DNA from: Patescibacteria group bacterium
GTDB lineage: Bacteria; Patescibacteriota; Doudnabacteria; UBA920; O2-02-FULL-48-8
DNA length: 64,000 nt
Assembly: GCA_036394315.1 (NCBI GenBank)
Contig: DASWFI010000007.1
Location: 3,984 to 67,983, forward strand
Direction: 5' to 3'
Shown here: piece after piece, positions 30,654-40,379 of the stretch
Numbering within the stretch: the first letter of the stretch is position 1
Layout of the letters: each line of letters begins with the position of its first letter
Notes under the pieces: model-generated
The model's input: the letters and a program-made list of their open reading frames with translations, nothing else
Database searches by the model: none
Told to the model about the DNA's origin: nothing
Position numbers and translations under genes: made by a program

Positions 30654-31587
30654 GGACGAATTAATTGAAAAGCTTTTGAAAAGCGTGTCGCGGACCCAAG
30701 TCCCCGCTTTTGACTTTGCCCGCGTCCGCAATCAAATTCTGGATCGAATATCAGTCCCGCAAATGGCCAAGTCCGGCGTGCTCGCCAGACTCAATGCCTT
30801 CGTTCCTTATTTGCGCATGGGCGGGGGTGTCTTGGCTTCCCTACTCATAGTCACAAGCTTAACATTGGCCACTTCTGTAGCAGCGCTGCAGAGTGCTCCA
30901 GGCTCAATGATTTATCCTTTGAAAAAAATTGTGGAGAACATCCAATTACGATTAGCTCCGGCAGACCAACGGACGAATCTCCAGCTGAAATTTGCCGACA
31001 ACCGCGCCGATGAATTACAGCAAGTTTTGGATCAAAATCAGCAAGGCAAAATTTCTAATCAAGAAGCAGAAACCATCGTGGCTAACACTGTTAAGGAATT
31101 ACAAAATACCACTGCCGCTGCGATTACTGCCAACAAAACCAAGCCGAAATCCAATTCTATAGTCAATAAACTGGCGAATATCAGTAACAAATTACTGGCT
31201 GCTTCCGTTCAAAGTGAAGGACAGCTCAAAATCGAATTGGAAAAGGCTTTCGAATCCACAAAAATCACACAGGAAGAAGCTATCAAAAACCTCGAACAAG
31301 CAGGCCTCAAGGTAGAAAACGCTCCTATAACTATAGATGACTTCGTCAAAGCCTCGGGCAAATTAACCGCGGTCACTACCGATTCTGTAAGCATTGGCAC
31401 AGCCAAATTCCTTTTAACCAAAGATACTAAATTCACGGGTTTGGAGGCTAAAGATTTGAAAGCGGGAGTATTAGTTGACATAAATGGTCAAATCAAAGAT
31501 AATAAATCGTACGCGGTCCAAATAACCAAACTCTCTGAAATCAAGACAGAAACCACTGCTCCTGCTACCACGACTGTAACTCAGTAA
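30643..31587 (+). CDS. Probable anti-sigma factor (TM + DUF5667-like + DUF5666-like)
   Basis: Overlaps sigma; TM; SAPGSMIYPLKKIVENIQL; C-terminal beta domain. Confidence 0.7.
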   Translation: METKDELIEKLLKSVSRTQVPAFDFARVRNQILDRISVPQMAKSGVLARLNAFVPYLRMGGGVLASLLIVTSLTLATSVAALQSAPGSMIYPLKKIVENIQLRLAPADQRTNLQLKFADNRADELQQVLDQNQQGKISNQEAETIVANTVKELQNTTAAAITANKTKPKSNSIVNKLANISNKLLAASVQSEGQLKIELEKAFESTKITQEEAIKNLEQAGLKVENAPITIDDFVKASGKLTAVTTDSVSIGTAKFLLTKDTKFTGLEAKDLKAGVLVDINGQIKDNKSYAVQITKLSEIKTETTAPATTTVTQ

Positions 31588-31791
31588 GCTTTATTACTTT
31601 TCTAATTATGGATTAAAACCATAATTATTTATCCGCGGAAGCTTTTAAAGCGAAAGCGGAATCTCAGCCGCTGAAATAAAACCCCAAAAGGGGGGCTGAA
31701 ACTCATATGAAGACGAGTCCACAGGTAAAACTGTGGGCTTTTCTTATCCTGAAAAAAAAGGTAAAATTAAGCAGTATCCCATTGGTACCAA

Positions 31792-31881
31792 GGTGGGGTC
31801 GCATAGTGGTTTAGTGCACCGGTCTTGAAAACCGGAGTCGGTTAACGCCGACCGAGAGTTCGAATCTCTCCCCCACCGCCA
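31792..31881 (+). tRNA. tRNA-Ser(UGA)
   Basis: GGTGGGG...CCGGT-CTTGAAA-ACCGG, long variable arm, GTTCGAATC, CCA. Confidence 0.97.
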
Positions 31882-31893
31882 GAAAGACAAAAT

Positions 31894-32373
31894 ATGCAAA
31901 ATCAAAAAATACCTGAAACTTTAACATGGAAAGCGCCGAGTCATATTAAACACCAACGTTCTTCTGCTTGGTATTTAATATTCTCCCTGTGTGGATTAGC
32001 ACTTCTCGCATTCGCTTTTTATATTCGAAGCATAACTGCGGGTTTAACTTTTTTTCTAATTGTAGTTGTATTGCTCATAATCTCAACCCAGTCCAGCCGC
32101 GAAGTCACTTATAAGGTCACGAAAACCGGAATTGCAGCCGGAAACATGATCTATCCTTTTAAGATCATTAAAAGATTTTGGATTATCTACAACCCGCCGG
32201 AAGTGAAAACATTGCATTTCGAAACCACGGCTTACTTAAACAGTCAGGTCACGCTACAGCTGGGACCACAGGATCCAGTAGAGCTCAAATTAGTGCTTGG
32301 GGGCTACTTACCGGAAGATATAGAGATGGAAGAGTCTATTACCGAGAGCCTGGCCAGAAGGCTGAAGATTTGA
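31894..32373 (+). CDS. 2-TM membrane protein with PH-like C-terminal domain
   Basis: WKAPSHIKHQRSSAWY, two TMs, YPFKIIKRFWI. Confidence 0.75.
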   Translation: MQNQKIPETLTWKAPSHIKHQRSSAWYLIFSLCGLALLAFAFYIRSITAGLTFFLIVVVLLIISTQSSREVTYKVTKTGIAAGNMIYPFKIIKRFWIIYNPPEVKTLHFETTAYLNSQVTLQLGPQDPVELKLVLGGYLPEDIEMEESITESLARRLKI

Positions 32374-32394
32374 TAGTATTTACAAGTTAAACAA

Positions 32395-32469
32395 GCGCTC
32401 GTCGTTCAACGGATAGGACTCAAGCTTGCGGAGCTTGTAATCGAGGTTCGATTCCTCGCGAGCGCACCA
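32395..32469 (+). tRNA. tRNA-Arg(GCG)
   Basis: GCGCTCG...CAAGC-TTGCGGA-GCTTG...GGTTCGATTCC...CGAGCGCACCA. Confidence 0.93.
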
Positions 32470-32532
32470 GAAAAATGATATTATACTTTTAAGAGCGGCA
32501 TACATTTGCTGTTTTTTTGTTATAATGAACCC

Positions 32533-34575
32533 ATGTCATTTGACCTTTCCATCCCAATAGAACAACTTTACTTAGTAGGTCCTGCGCGGGCCAAGCTTTT
32601 GAAAAATCTTGGCATTGAAACGCTGAACGATCTGCTTTTTTATTTTCCTCGGGCCCACCACGACCTTTCGAAATTTACATCAATCATAGACCTGAAAGCC
32701 GGCGAAAACGCCAATATCAAGGGCCGAATTTTGGAAGTCAAAAGCTTTCGAACCAAAGTCCGCCGATTCAGCCTGACACAAGCATTGGTGGAAGATGGGA
32801 CGGGAAGCATTATTTGCGTTTGGTTCAATCAGCCTTTTTTGGCCAAAGTTATAAAACCGCATGAAGAATTCGTTTTCTCCGGCAAAGTAACAATTGCCAA
32901 AAATAAACTACAATTGCAAAATCCAGTTTACGAACCAGTGCGAGCCGAACAAATTCATACCTCGCGATTAGTCCCGCTCTACTCCCTCACTGCCAGCCTG
33001 ACTCAAAAACAACTTCGTTATATTATTAAAACTTACCTGGACAAGGTTATTCTGCCGGAATATTTACCAGCTGATATTTTGCGCAAGGAAAAACTGTTTA
33101 GTCAGGATAACGCAGTCAAGACTTTTCATTTCCCCCAAGATTATGCTTCGCTGAAACTTGCGCAAAGCAGACTGGCTTTTGACGAAATTTTTCAAACACA
33201 ACTGCGCGTCATGCGCTATAAAAAACAACGCGAATATCGCTCAAGCGTGAAAATTGATACCAGCATCGACCTCTCCCAAAAAATCAAACAACTCCCTTTC
33301 GAGCTGACCGATGGACAAAAAGTCGCTTTGAGTGAAATCATTTCAGATTTCAAAAAACCTTTTCCTGCCAACCGTTTGCTCGAAGGCGACGTGGGCAGCG
33401 GCAAAACGATCATTGCGGCTCTGGCTATGTGGCTTGTGGCTCAAAACAACCTCCAAACAGCTCTGCTTTCGCCTACCGAGGTTTTGGCCACCCAGCACTA
33501 CAACAATCTGGTTAATTTTTTCTCAGCGGATAATATCGACGTTGCCCTGCTAACTTCCACCCAATCAAAACTAAATGGTAATCCGGTTTCCAAGGCTACA
33601 GTGTTGGCACAGATCAAATCAGGACAAGTAAAAATTGCCATCGGCACTCATGCTTTGCTGGAAAAACAGGTAGATTTTAAAAATTTAAGCTTGATAATTA
33701 TTGATGAGCAGCATCGATTTGGAGTGGAGCAACGATCAGCATTAAAGCAAAACAGCAATGCTCATTTGTTGACTATGAGCGCCACTCCTATCCCCCGCAC
33801 CTTGGCATTAACCCTGTACGGGGATCTGGACTTATCCATATTGAAAGAGTCGCCCGCAGGACGGCAAAAAATCGTTACCAGGATCGTTTCCGAAGAAAAT
33901 CGAGCGAAGGCTTATGAATTTATCGCCCAACAGATCCAATTAGGCCGCCAAGTATTCGTTATTTGTCCGTTAGTCGAAGAGTCAGATAAACTTGGAGTAA
34001 AATCCGCCACAGCTGAGTACAAAAAACTTTCTACAGAAATTTTCCCGCAATTCAAAGTCGGGTTACTACATGGACGGCTAAAACCTGCGCAAAAAGAAAA
34101 AGTCATGGCAGAATTTAAAGACAATCAACTGCAGATTTTAGTTTCAACTTCCGTCATCGAGGTTGGAGTCGATGTGCCTAATGCCACGGTCATGATGATC
34201 GAAGGCGCAGAACGATTTGGTTTGGCTCAGTTACATCAATTCCGCGGTCGCGTTGGCCGCGGCGAACACAAATCTTATTGTTTTCTTTTTTCCGACGATC
34301 CGCAGTCTCTGACCAATCCCCGACTTCAGGCGATCACAGAAAGCATCAATGGCTTTGAACTGGCGGAAAAAGATTTGGAAATTCGAGGTGCTGGCGATTT
34401 ATACGGCACCCAGCAAAGCGGTTATAACTTCAAAGTTGCCACTTTAAACAATTTGGATTTGGTTCAGCGATCACGGGACTATGCTGAAGCTTTACTTGAC
34501 TCTGATATGGAATTAAAAAAATATCCCCTCCTGAAACAAAAAATCGAAGCCCAACCAATGGTGCATCTGGAGTAA
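32533..34575 (+). CDS. recG: ATP-dependent DNA helicase RecG
   Basis: LLEGDVGSGKT, DEQHRFG, MSATPIPRT, QLHQFRGRVGRG; start MSFDLS. Confidence 0.98.
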   Translation: MSFDLSIPIEQLYLVGPARAKLLKNLGIETLNDLLFYFPRAHHDLSKFTSIIDLKAGENANIKGRILEVKSFRTKVRRFSLTQALVEDGTGSIICVWFNQPFLAKVIKPHEEFVFSGKVTIAKNKLQLQNPVYEPVRAEQIHTSRLVPLYSLTASLTQKQLRYIIKTYLDKVILPEYLPADILRKEKLFSQDNAVKTFHFPQDYASLKLAQSRLAFDEIFQTQLRVMRYKKQREYRSSVKIDTSIDLSQKIKQLPFELTDGQKVALSEIISDFKKPFPANRLLEGDVGSGKTIIAALAMWLVAQNNLQTALLSPTEVLATQHYNNLVNFFSADNIDVALLTSTQSKLNGNPVSKATVLAQIKSGQVKIAIGTHALLEKQVDFKNLSLIIIDEQHRFGVEQRSALKQNSNAHLLTMSATPIPRTLALTLYGDLDLSILKESPAGRQKIVTRIVSEENRAKAYEFIAQQIQLGRQVFVICPLVEESDKLGVKSATAEYKKLSTEIFPQFKVGLLHGRLKPAQKEKVMAEFKDNQLQILVSTSVIEVGVDVPNATVMMIEGAERFGLAQLHQFRGRVGRGEHKSYCFLFSDDPQSLTNPRLQAITESINGFELAEKDLEIRGAGDLYGTQQSGYNFKVATLNNLDLVQRSRDYAEALLDSDMELKKYPLLKQKIEAQPMVHLE

Positions 34576-34665
34576 TGGATCGCCCTGCTTGACTTGCGTA
34601 TTTTTATAGCGTAAAATTATCCTATTGTTCGTTATATGGTCACCATATCTGACAGGAGGTCACTT

Positions 34666-34863
34666 ATGCCCCAGCCGGAACTCAGCCGCAAGCAGCGCAA
34701 GCAACTGGCCAACTTCAAGAGCGAGATGGCTCACCAGGGCGTGCACAACCGTGTGCAGTTCGATGCCTTCGTTAAGAAGATGAAGCCGGAGGAATACACG
34801 CGCATTGCGGGGCTGATTCCACACGCATTCCCATCTCCGCAATCGGCGGCTCGCGCATCGTAA
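34666..34863 (+). CDS. Small basic ORFan (65 aa)
   Basis: AGGAGGT before ATG 34666; TTGACT...TAAAAT promoter-like sequence upstream. Confidence 0.6.
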   Translation: MPQPELSRKQRKQLANFKSEMAHQGVHNRVQFDAFVKKMKPEEYTRIAGLIPHAFPSPQSAARAS

Positions 34864-34947
34864 GATCAACGTCGGAGGAGTCGTGGACATTCGCCCACCC
34901 TGACTAACACTACTGTAACCCACTCCAACATCAATTCCGACCACAGT

Positions 34948-35241
34948 ATGGAGACAGTAGTGGATACATTCGAACTTCGTCCTTCCGTCAAAGCGGTCGT
35001 TCAGAACGACCTTCTCTCCCAGAACCTCAAACAAGGAACAGAGGTGACGCTCGGTCGAGCCAGTCTCAGCGGCGCGCTTGCGAAAATCGAAGGCAGCAAC
35101 AAGTACGACGTGATTGCTGAATTCGATGCCGAAGCCGTCGAGGAAATAAAGAAGCAGGCAAAGGAAGCGCGCAAGATGGCCGCTATGTACTGCAGCGAGC
35201 CTGTGGTCCGTCGTCGTCCGAACATGCAACGCGTCTGGTAG
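34948..35241 (+). CDS. Hypothetical ORFan (97 aa)
   Basis: Co-oriented with the previous ORF, protein-like composition. Confidence 0.55.
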   Translation: METVVDTFELRPSVKAVVQNDLLSQNLKQGTEVTLGRASLSGALAKIEGSNKYDVIAEFDAEAVEEIKKQAKEARKMAAMYCSEPVVRRRPNMQRVW

Positions 35242-35244
35242 TCT

Positions 35245-35476
35245 ACGCCGACCTTTAAAAGCCTGAGAGACAGATCCGGGGAAGGAACTGTCATTCTGCC
35301 TTTTAGACTTTTAACGGTGTTGCTCTAGGGTGAGAGAACGACCTTGCCTACCGGATCCAGACAGTTCCGGTAAGGAATCGACTCAGTACCCGCGGGGCAG
35401 CCTGGGTGCTCTTTCCCAGAGAGTCACCCAGCATTTTCACGCCAGTGGATCGCATCGATCCCTGGCTCTTTTTTTT
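35245..35476 (+). ncRNA. Highly structured 3' RNA ending in a terminator
   Basis: Long hairpin acgccg..ttaaaagcctgagag / cttttagacttttaa..cggtgt; further hairpins; terminator gccagtggatcg/cgatccctggc + T-tract. Confidence 0.5.
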
Positions 35477-35534
35477 GAGAATTATTTAGTAGTTACAGCA
35501 ATTCCGCCCTTTTGTCTGCACAATGGTGGCAAAA

Positions 35535-36548
35535 TCATTTACTAATCATGTATAACTTATTGTCTCGGCTGTCGGTGTAATAAATCGTATTACCGATAAG
35601 CATTACATTTTTTGATTGCACTTCGGAAGTTGGTTCAAAATAACTTTCAGATTTACCATTGCTCAAATTCAATTTTATGAACGTATCTCCGGATTTATCA
35701 GACTTGGGCACGGCGGCATAAAAAATTTTTCCAGATGCATCGGCCGTGATTTTATCTAGAGCCGTGTTTAAATTCAAATCAATAGCCAACTTATTTAAAA
35801 CATCAAATAAATAGATCTTGGAATTTTGAGCGTACAGAAACATATTCCCTACGGGAAGCCATAATACGCCGGTGTTCTTCCCAGTGTCTACCAAGGTGCT
35901 CATGGCACCGGAGTCCAGATTGGTCGCGTAAATTTTATTGGTATCACCCTCAATTTTGGAGCGATACATTAAGATAGTTTTACCGTCGGGCGAAGCTTTT
36001 AGGATCAAATCCGGCCAGAATAATGGTGCGATAATTTTGTATCCGGAGCCGTCAGCATTGGCCCTCACCAGCTGTTGAGATTTTTTGTCCGAGGCTTGCC
36101 AGACGTAAACCACCCGTTTGCCATCAGGGAGCCACTCTATCCACTGCACATTGTCCGCTAAGTTGATAAAAAACTTGTTGGCACTGTCGAAATAATCTTT
36201 ATAAAATTTATTGCCATCAACGGCAAAAGATATGAAATCGGATCCTTGCTTGGGCCAAATAACACTCCGTAGCTTGCCATTCGGCAATGGTGGCAGTGGA
36301 AATTCTGAAATATTAGTGCCGTCGGTATTGACCTTAAACAGACGCCCATCAGCATTAAAATACCAAATGGAGTTATTATCAAAAGCCCCGACTGGAGAAA
36401 TTACGGCTTCATCCAAAATTTTCTTTATGGAAGGAGGGCTCTGGGTATAAGTATTTGTTTTCTGTGACTGTTTTTTCGCATAAAATAAAACCCCGCCGAT
36501 TATCAGCAATATTATCACCCCTATGATTATAAGATTTCGTTTATTCAT
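35535..36548 (-). CDS. Membrane-anchored beta-propeller (TolB-like) protein
   Basis: N-terminal TM; WLPDGKR and SPDGKT repeats. Confidence 0.75.
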   Translation of the reverse strand: MNKRNLIIIGVIILLIIGGVLFYAKKQSQKTNTYTQSPPSIKKILDEAVISPVGAFDNNSIWYFNADGRLFKVNTDGTNISEFPLPPLPNGKLRSVIWPKQGSDFISFAVDGNKFYKDYFDSANKFFINLADNVQWIEWLPDGKRVVYVWQASDKKSQQLVRANADGSGYKIIAPLFWPDLILKASPDGKTILMYRSKIEGDTNKIYATNLDSGAMSTLVDTGKNTGVLWLPVGNMFLYAQNSKIYLFDVLNKLAIDLNLNTALDKITADASGKIFYAAVPKSDKSGDTFIKLNLSNGKSESYFEPTSEVQSKNVMLIGNTIYYTDSRDNKLYMISK

Positions 36549-36551
36549 ATT

Positions 36552-37844
36552 TTAATAAGGCATATAATATTCACTGGGATTTGTAAACGCTTGAAGTTCT
36601 CCTTGTCTGCCTACACAATTCGGATCACTGGATAATCCCATATGCACATGGGCTCCGCTGGCTCGATCTGACGGCCGCCTGTATTCATCCTGGATGTATC
36701 CAAAGCCAGCTGAGCGTCCAAGAGATACCAGGGCGTCAATCCGAGCTGCATCGGCGGGCGAAGGATTTCTAGGGTCACCCACCGGAGGAATAAGCACAAA
36801 GTCGGTTGCCTCTCCTAGCATATGACAGCTATAAGCATAATTATGCGGGGCAGCGCAGTTTGGCTGCCGTAGGGCACTGGTGACCACAAAATTAATACCA
36901 GCACTGCTCTTGTTTGCAAAAACCTTATTTACTAAATCCAATTGCGCTTGTTTTACTCTTGGAAAATCACAGATCGATACTCCAAAATTATAGGAACTAA
37001 TATATGCTTGAGGGATATCAGCTAATAAACTATAACCTCCTGATGTTCCTCCGCCCCCGCTCCTGCTGGGGACTTGGGTATCAGCCGCTGAACAAAAATC
37101 TCCCCGGATCGCTGTTATAGTCGTACCAATATTAAAAGGTAAGAAATGAGCAGCTATTGCGGCTTTACCACTAGCATCGCCACAAGCAGCCCAATACCCT
37201 GAATAAATTATAACAATGAACACCAGGGGGATGATTGCGACTATAAGATTTGCAAAAAGCAAAGCTATCTGCTGGAACAGGTTCATCCGGCCAAAGATCT
37301 TGGAGCCAAATTTGGACATTATCCAATGAAAATCCAGATAGAGAAGAGCTATGGCCGCAGGGATTAACGAAACAATAGTTGGCGAAAGGATAATATCGAG
37401 TGTTAAAAAGCCAAAAGCGAACCAAAGAATAAAAGTGCTCCACGCACTTTTTGCAACTCCGCCTACGCCTTCTCCACGTAATGCCCCGGCCACAGCACCA
37501 GCAAGAGCCGCTTCTGACCCTGCTCCAAGGCTTGCTGCCTTTTCGGCGAACTTACCAGCGCTCTGACCAGCAGCTGCCTGCTTCGCAGCTCTGACTTTAG
37601 CAGAATTTATAGCATACCCAGCAAATTTTTTACCATACTTATCAGCTGCATCGGTATTAGCCAGTCCGCCACTACCTGCGAGATTGCCTCCTTCATTTAA
37701 TAAACCTGCAAATTCTTCATTACCAGATTTCTTAGCAAAATTTTCACCTAATCTAGCAGCTTTTTGGAGTCTTTGTCTTCTTTGCTGCTGCTTTAAACTG
37801 GCGAGTTCCTCTGCATTTTCCAGTTCCTCATCCAATGTTGGCAT
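36552..37844 (-). CDS. Membrane protein with C-terminal LAS/M15-like Zn peptidase
   Basis: Coiled coil, TMs, then VTSALR, H-x6-D (HMLGEATD) and HVH. Confidence 0.7.
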   Translation of the reverse strand: MPTLDEELENAEELASLKQQQRRQRLQKAARLGENFAKKSGNEEFAGLLNEGGNLAGSGGLANTDAADKYGKKFAGYAINSAKVRAAKQAAAGQSAGKFAEKAASLGAGSEAALAGAVAGALRGEGVGGVAKSAWSTFILWFAFGFLTLDIILSPTIVSLIPAAIALLYLDFHWIMSKFGSKIFGRMNLFQQIALLFANLIVAIIPLVFIVIIYSGYWAACGDASGKAAIAAHFLPFNIGTTITAIRGDFCSAADTQVPSRSGGGGTSGGYSLLADIPQAYISSYNFGVSICDFPRVKQAQLDLVNKVFANKSSAGINFVVTSALRQPNCAAPHNYAYSCHMLGEATDFVLIPPVGDPRNPSPADAARIDALVSLGRSAGFGYIQDEYRRPSDRASGAHVHMGLSSDPNCVGRQGELQAFTNPSEYYMPY

Positions 37845-37846
37845 AA

Positions 37847-39676
37847 CTATTCGTTGTTATTACGTTGCGCCTGCAGTTGTTTTTTTGCTTCCTCGATTTC
37901 CAGAGCGCGTTTGGGGTCAGTGGTAATAATCTGATCTTCCATATATGAAGCTATAATCTTGATCGCGACATGCTTGAGTCCAGCGAAGAAAATTCCTTCA
38001 CCCACATCAGATTCCAGGAGCAGATACTTCTCCCCTTCGGTGAGGTGGAAGGTTTCGGTGATTAGATCAATCGAAGTTGGCGACTGCTTGAGCAACATTT
38101 GAATCGAAGAATTATTTACGATCGGCGCCCCGTACGGCGATTTCAAAAAATCACCGACATCCTGAGTAATTGTAGTTACCCCCAGATAATATTTTCTCGC
38201 ACGTTTGGCGATATTCGATAAGAATAAAGCTGAGTCGTCGCGCTGCATCATCCACCAAGCTTCATCGATCACTAAAATCCGCTTCTTCAGAGACGAGCGT
38301 ACCACGTTCCAGATGTAACTCAGCGTAACATAGATCGCAATCGGCCTCAGCTGATCTTCCAAATCCCGCACTGAAAATACCACCAACTGGTTATTTAAAT
38401 TAATATTGGTCCGCTGATTAAAAATCCCTGAGAAAGTTCCTTGAGTGTATTTGGTCAGGCGCTGCGCCAGACTCTCGCCACCCACCATCCCTCCTAAAAT
38501 TTCCACCAAATCCTGCATGATTGGCGGTTCGACATTGCTTAAATTGGAATTCGCGGTAATATCTTTTTTAGCGTAAGTTTCCCAGAGTGCCCGATCCATT
38601 ATGGATTCTTCAGTGGGATCCAGCTTACCTAACATCAAATTCATAAGTCCCAAAAGACTGACCACGGCAGCGCGTAAAATATCTTCGTTGGACTCCCCTT
38701 CGATCGCACGTGGCAGATCAAACGGATTGACCCTTGAATCGGAATTCAGCGAGATATTCAGAAAAGTCCCGCCTACAGCGTTGGAGAGATGCTGGTATTC
38801 GTTTTCCGGATCTATAACGATGACATCCGTGCCCAACATAAGAGAACGCAAAATTTCAAGCTTGACCGCATAACTTTTGCCGCTGCCCGATTTGGCAAAC
38901 ACCACGGAGTTGGCATTTTCCATCTGAAACCGGTCAAACAATATCAACCCATTATTGTGGCGGTTGATTCCATAGAGTATGCCGTCGTTGGAAGTAAGCT
39001 CTGAGGAAACAAAAGGAAAAGTCGTGGACAGAGGTTCCGTATTCATATTCGTGGCAATAGCCAGTTCGTCGTTCCCCAAAGGCAATGTGGAATTAAAACC
39101 TTGCTCCATCTGCAGTATGGCAGGCTTGGCCATGATCAGCTTGGAACCCAAAATTGATTCCAAAGTAGCTGAGGTCTGATCCAGTTCTTTTTGTTCGTTG
39201 GCGTAGATCGTGAAATACACTGAAAATCGGAAATATCTTTCAGTGCCCTGCTGCAATCTGTCCCGCAGGCCCTCGATATCCTGCAGGGCGGTCTCCATCA
39301 TCGGATCGCGGACGTTTCCTTTTTCCTGGCCCATGCGCATGGAAGATTCGACTTGTCCGACTTTATTTCGCAGTTTTTTCATTATCTCCTCAGTATCCAT
39401 TGGGTATATAAACATCGACATGTCCATGGGTACATCGAGACTAATGATCGGAGCCAGCCAGTCCACGGAAATAAACCGCGGATAAGAAAGGACGAAAAAT
39501 GTCCGGGCCAGTTTACCCGAAACTTCCACGGAATTTTGAGTAACGCGAAAAGCTGAAGGCGCGATCAAATCACGCAGAGTGTTCAATCCTTTTTTGTACT
39601 CACGCTCTTTTTCTACCAGCTGCCTTTGCAGCTCGCGTTGAGGATCCAATTGTTGATTTACCTTAAATAATGCCAT
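37847..39676 (-). CDS. VirB4/TraE-like secretion ATPase
   Basis: AKSGSGKS, VIDPENEY, VNPFDL, VIDEAW, RARKYYLG, ITQDV. Confidence 0.92.
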   Translation of the reverse strand: MALFKVNQQLDPQRELQRQLVEKEREYKKGLNTLRDLIAPSAFRVTQNSVEVSGKLARTFFVLSYPRFISVDWLAPIISLDVPMDMSMFIYPMDTEEIMKKLRNKVGQVESSMRMGQEKGNVRDPMMETALQDIEGLRDRLQQGTERYFRFSVYFTIYANEQKELDQTSATLESILGSKLIMAKPAILQMEQGFNSTLPLGNDELAIATNMNTEPLSTTFPFVSSELTSNDGILYGINRHNNGLILFDRFQMENANSVVFAKSGSGKSYAVKLEILRSLMLGTDVIVIDPENEYQHLSNAVGGTFLNISLNSDSRVNPFDLPRAIEGESNEDILRAAVVSLLGLMNLMLGKLDPTEESIMDRALWETYAKKDITANSNLSNVEPPIMQDLVEILGGMVGGESLAQRLTKYTQGTFSGIFNQRTNINLNNQLVVFSVRDLEDQLRPIAIYVTLSYIWNVVRSSLKKRILVIDEAWWMMQRDDSALFLSNIAKRARKYYLGVTTITQDVGDFLKSPYGAPIVNNSSIQMLLKQSPTSIDLITETFHLTEGEKYLLLESDVGEGIFFAGLKHVAIKIIASYMEDQIITTDPKRALEIEEAKKQLQAQRNNNE

Positions 39677-39683
39677 AGCAATA

Positions 39684-40379
39684 TTATTCTCTAGCTATAT
39701 CGAGCTCGTCTATACTTTTAATTTTTATCGGAGATGCTGTATCCAGGTTGTAGCTGTTGTAAACTAGTTCTATCAATTCTTCGGTGTTAAGCGCGATAGT
39801 TTTTAATCCCATTTGAGCCAAGCCGGTGGTTACTTGATTGACTCTCTTAAGTAATTCTTCGCGCGCTTTTTCGAAATCCCGGTTTTTGATAGATATTTCC
39901 TTAGCGGGATTAAACAAATTGGTAAACTTTTCAAAAAATCCTTTTTTAACAGCGCCCGTGCCTAGAGGAATAATAACGTAAAAAGTTTTATTCATAATAC
40001 TGGCAAACTCAATCAGCTTCTCTATGTACTCGACATATTCCTGGGTCTGCATCCGGAGCAGTTCATTTGTCTGCTGCTGCATCACTCCCCGCAATTTATC
40101 CAAATAAGAATTAATATCTAGCTTCCTTGATTGCATTAAAATCTGAATGGAAAATTCCAGAGCATTCAGAAAATTTTGATAAGATCCGATGAGAGCATTT
40201 TGCTCCTCCGCGCTTTTAAGAGAAAAGTTGGTAGATGATACTGCCAACACCGCACGCAACGAACCATCTCGCAGGACCATCGTGGCTTCTTTGATCTCTT
40301 GAATATCCAAATACGCCTGCGTGGACGCAGTGGGTTTGTTGCCAGACATGGAGTTAGATTGCATTTCTTGCTTTGCCAT
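39684..40379 (-). CDS. VirB4-associated protein (TraC N-terminal-like)
   Basis: NFSLKSAEEQNALIGSYQNFLNALEF, FYVIIP; lies between prgI and virB4. Confidence 0.75.
   Translation of the reverse strand: MAKQEMQSNSMSGNKPTASTQAYLDIQEIKEATMVLRDGSLRAVLAVSSTNFSLKSAEEQNALIGSYQNFLNALEFSIQILMQSRKLDINSYLDKLRGVMQQQTNELLRMQTQEYVEYIEKLIEFASIMNKTFYVIIPLGTGAVKKGFFEKFTNLFNPAKEISIKNRDFEKAREELLKRVNQVTTGLAQMGLKTIALNTEELIELVYNSYNLDTASPIKIKSIDELDIARE

Noticed and set aside
31690-31745. Hammerhead ribozyme or c-di-GMP riboswitch
   Set aside because: No CUGANGA/GAAA core in the right arrangement and no riboswitch consensus recognised
34660-35229. 189-aa minus-strand ORF
   Set aside because: The plus strand has the promoter, SD and terminator; this is most likely a shadow ORF
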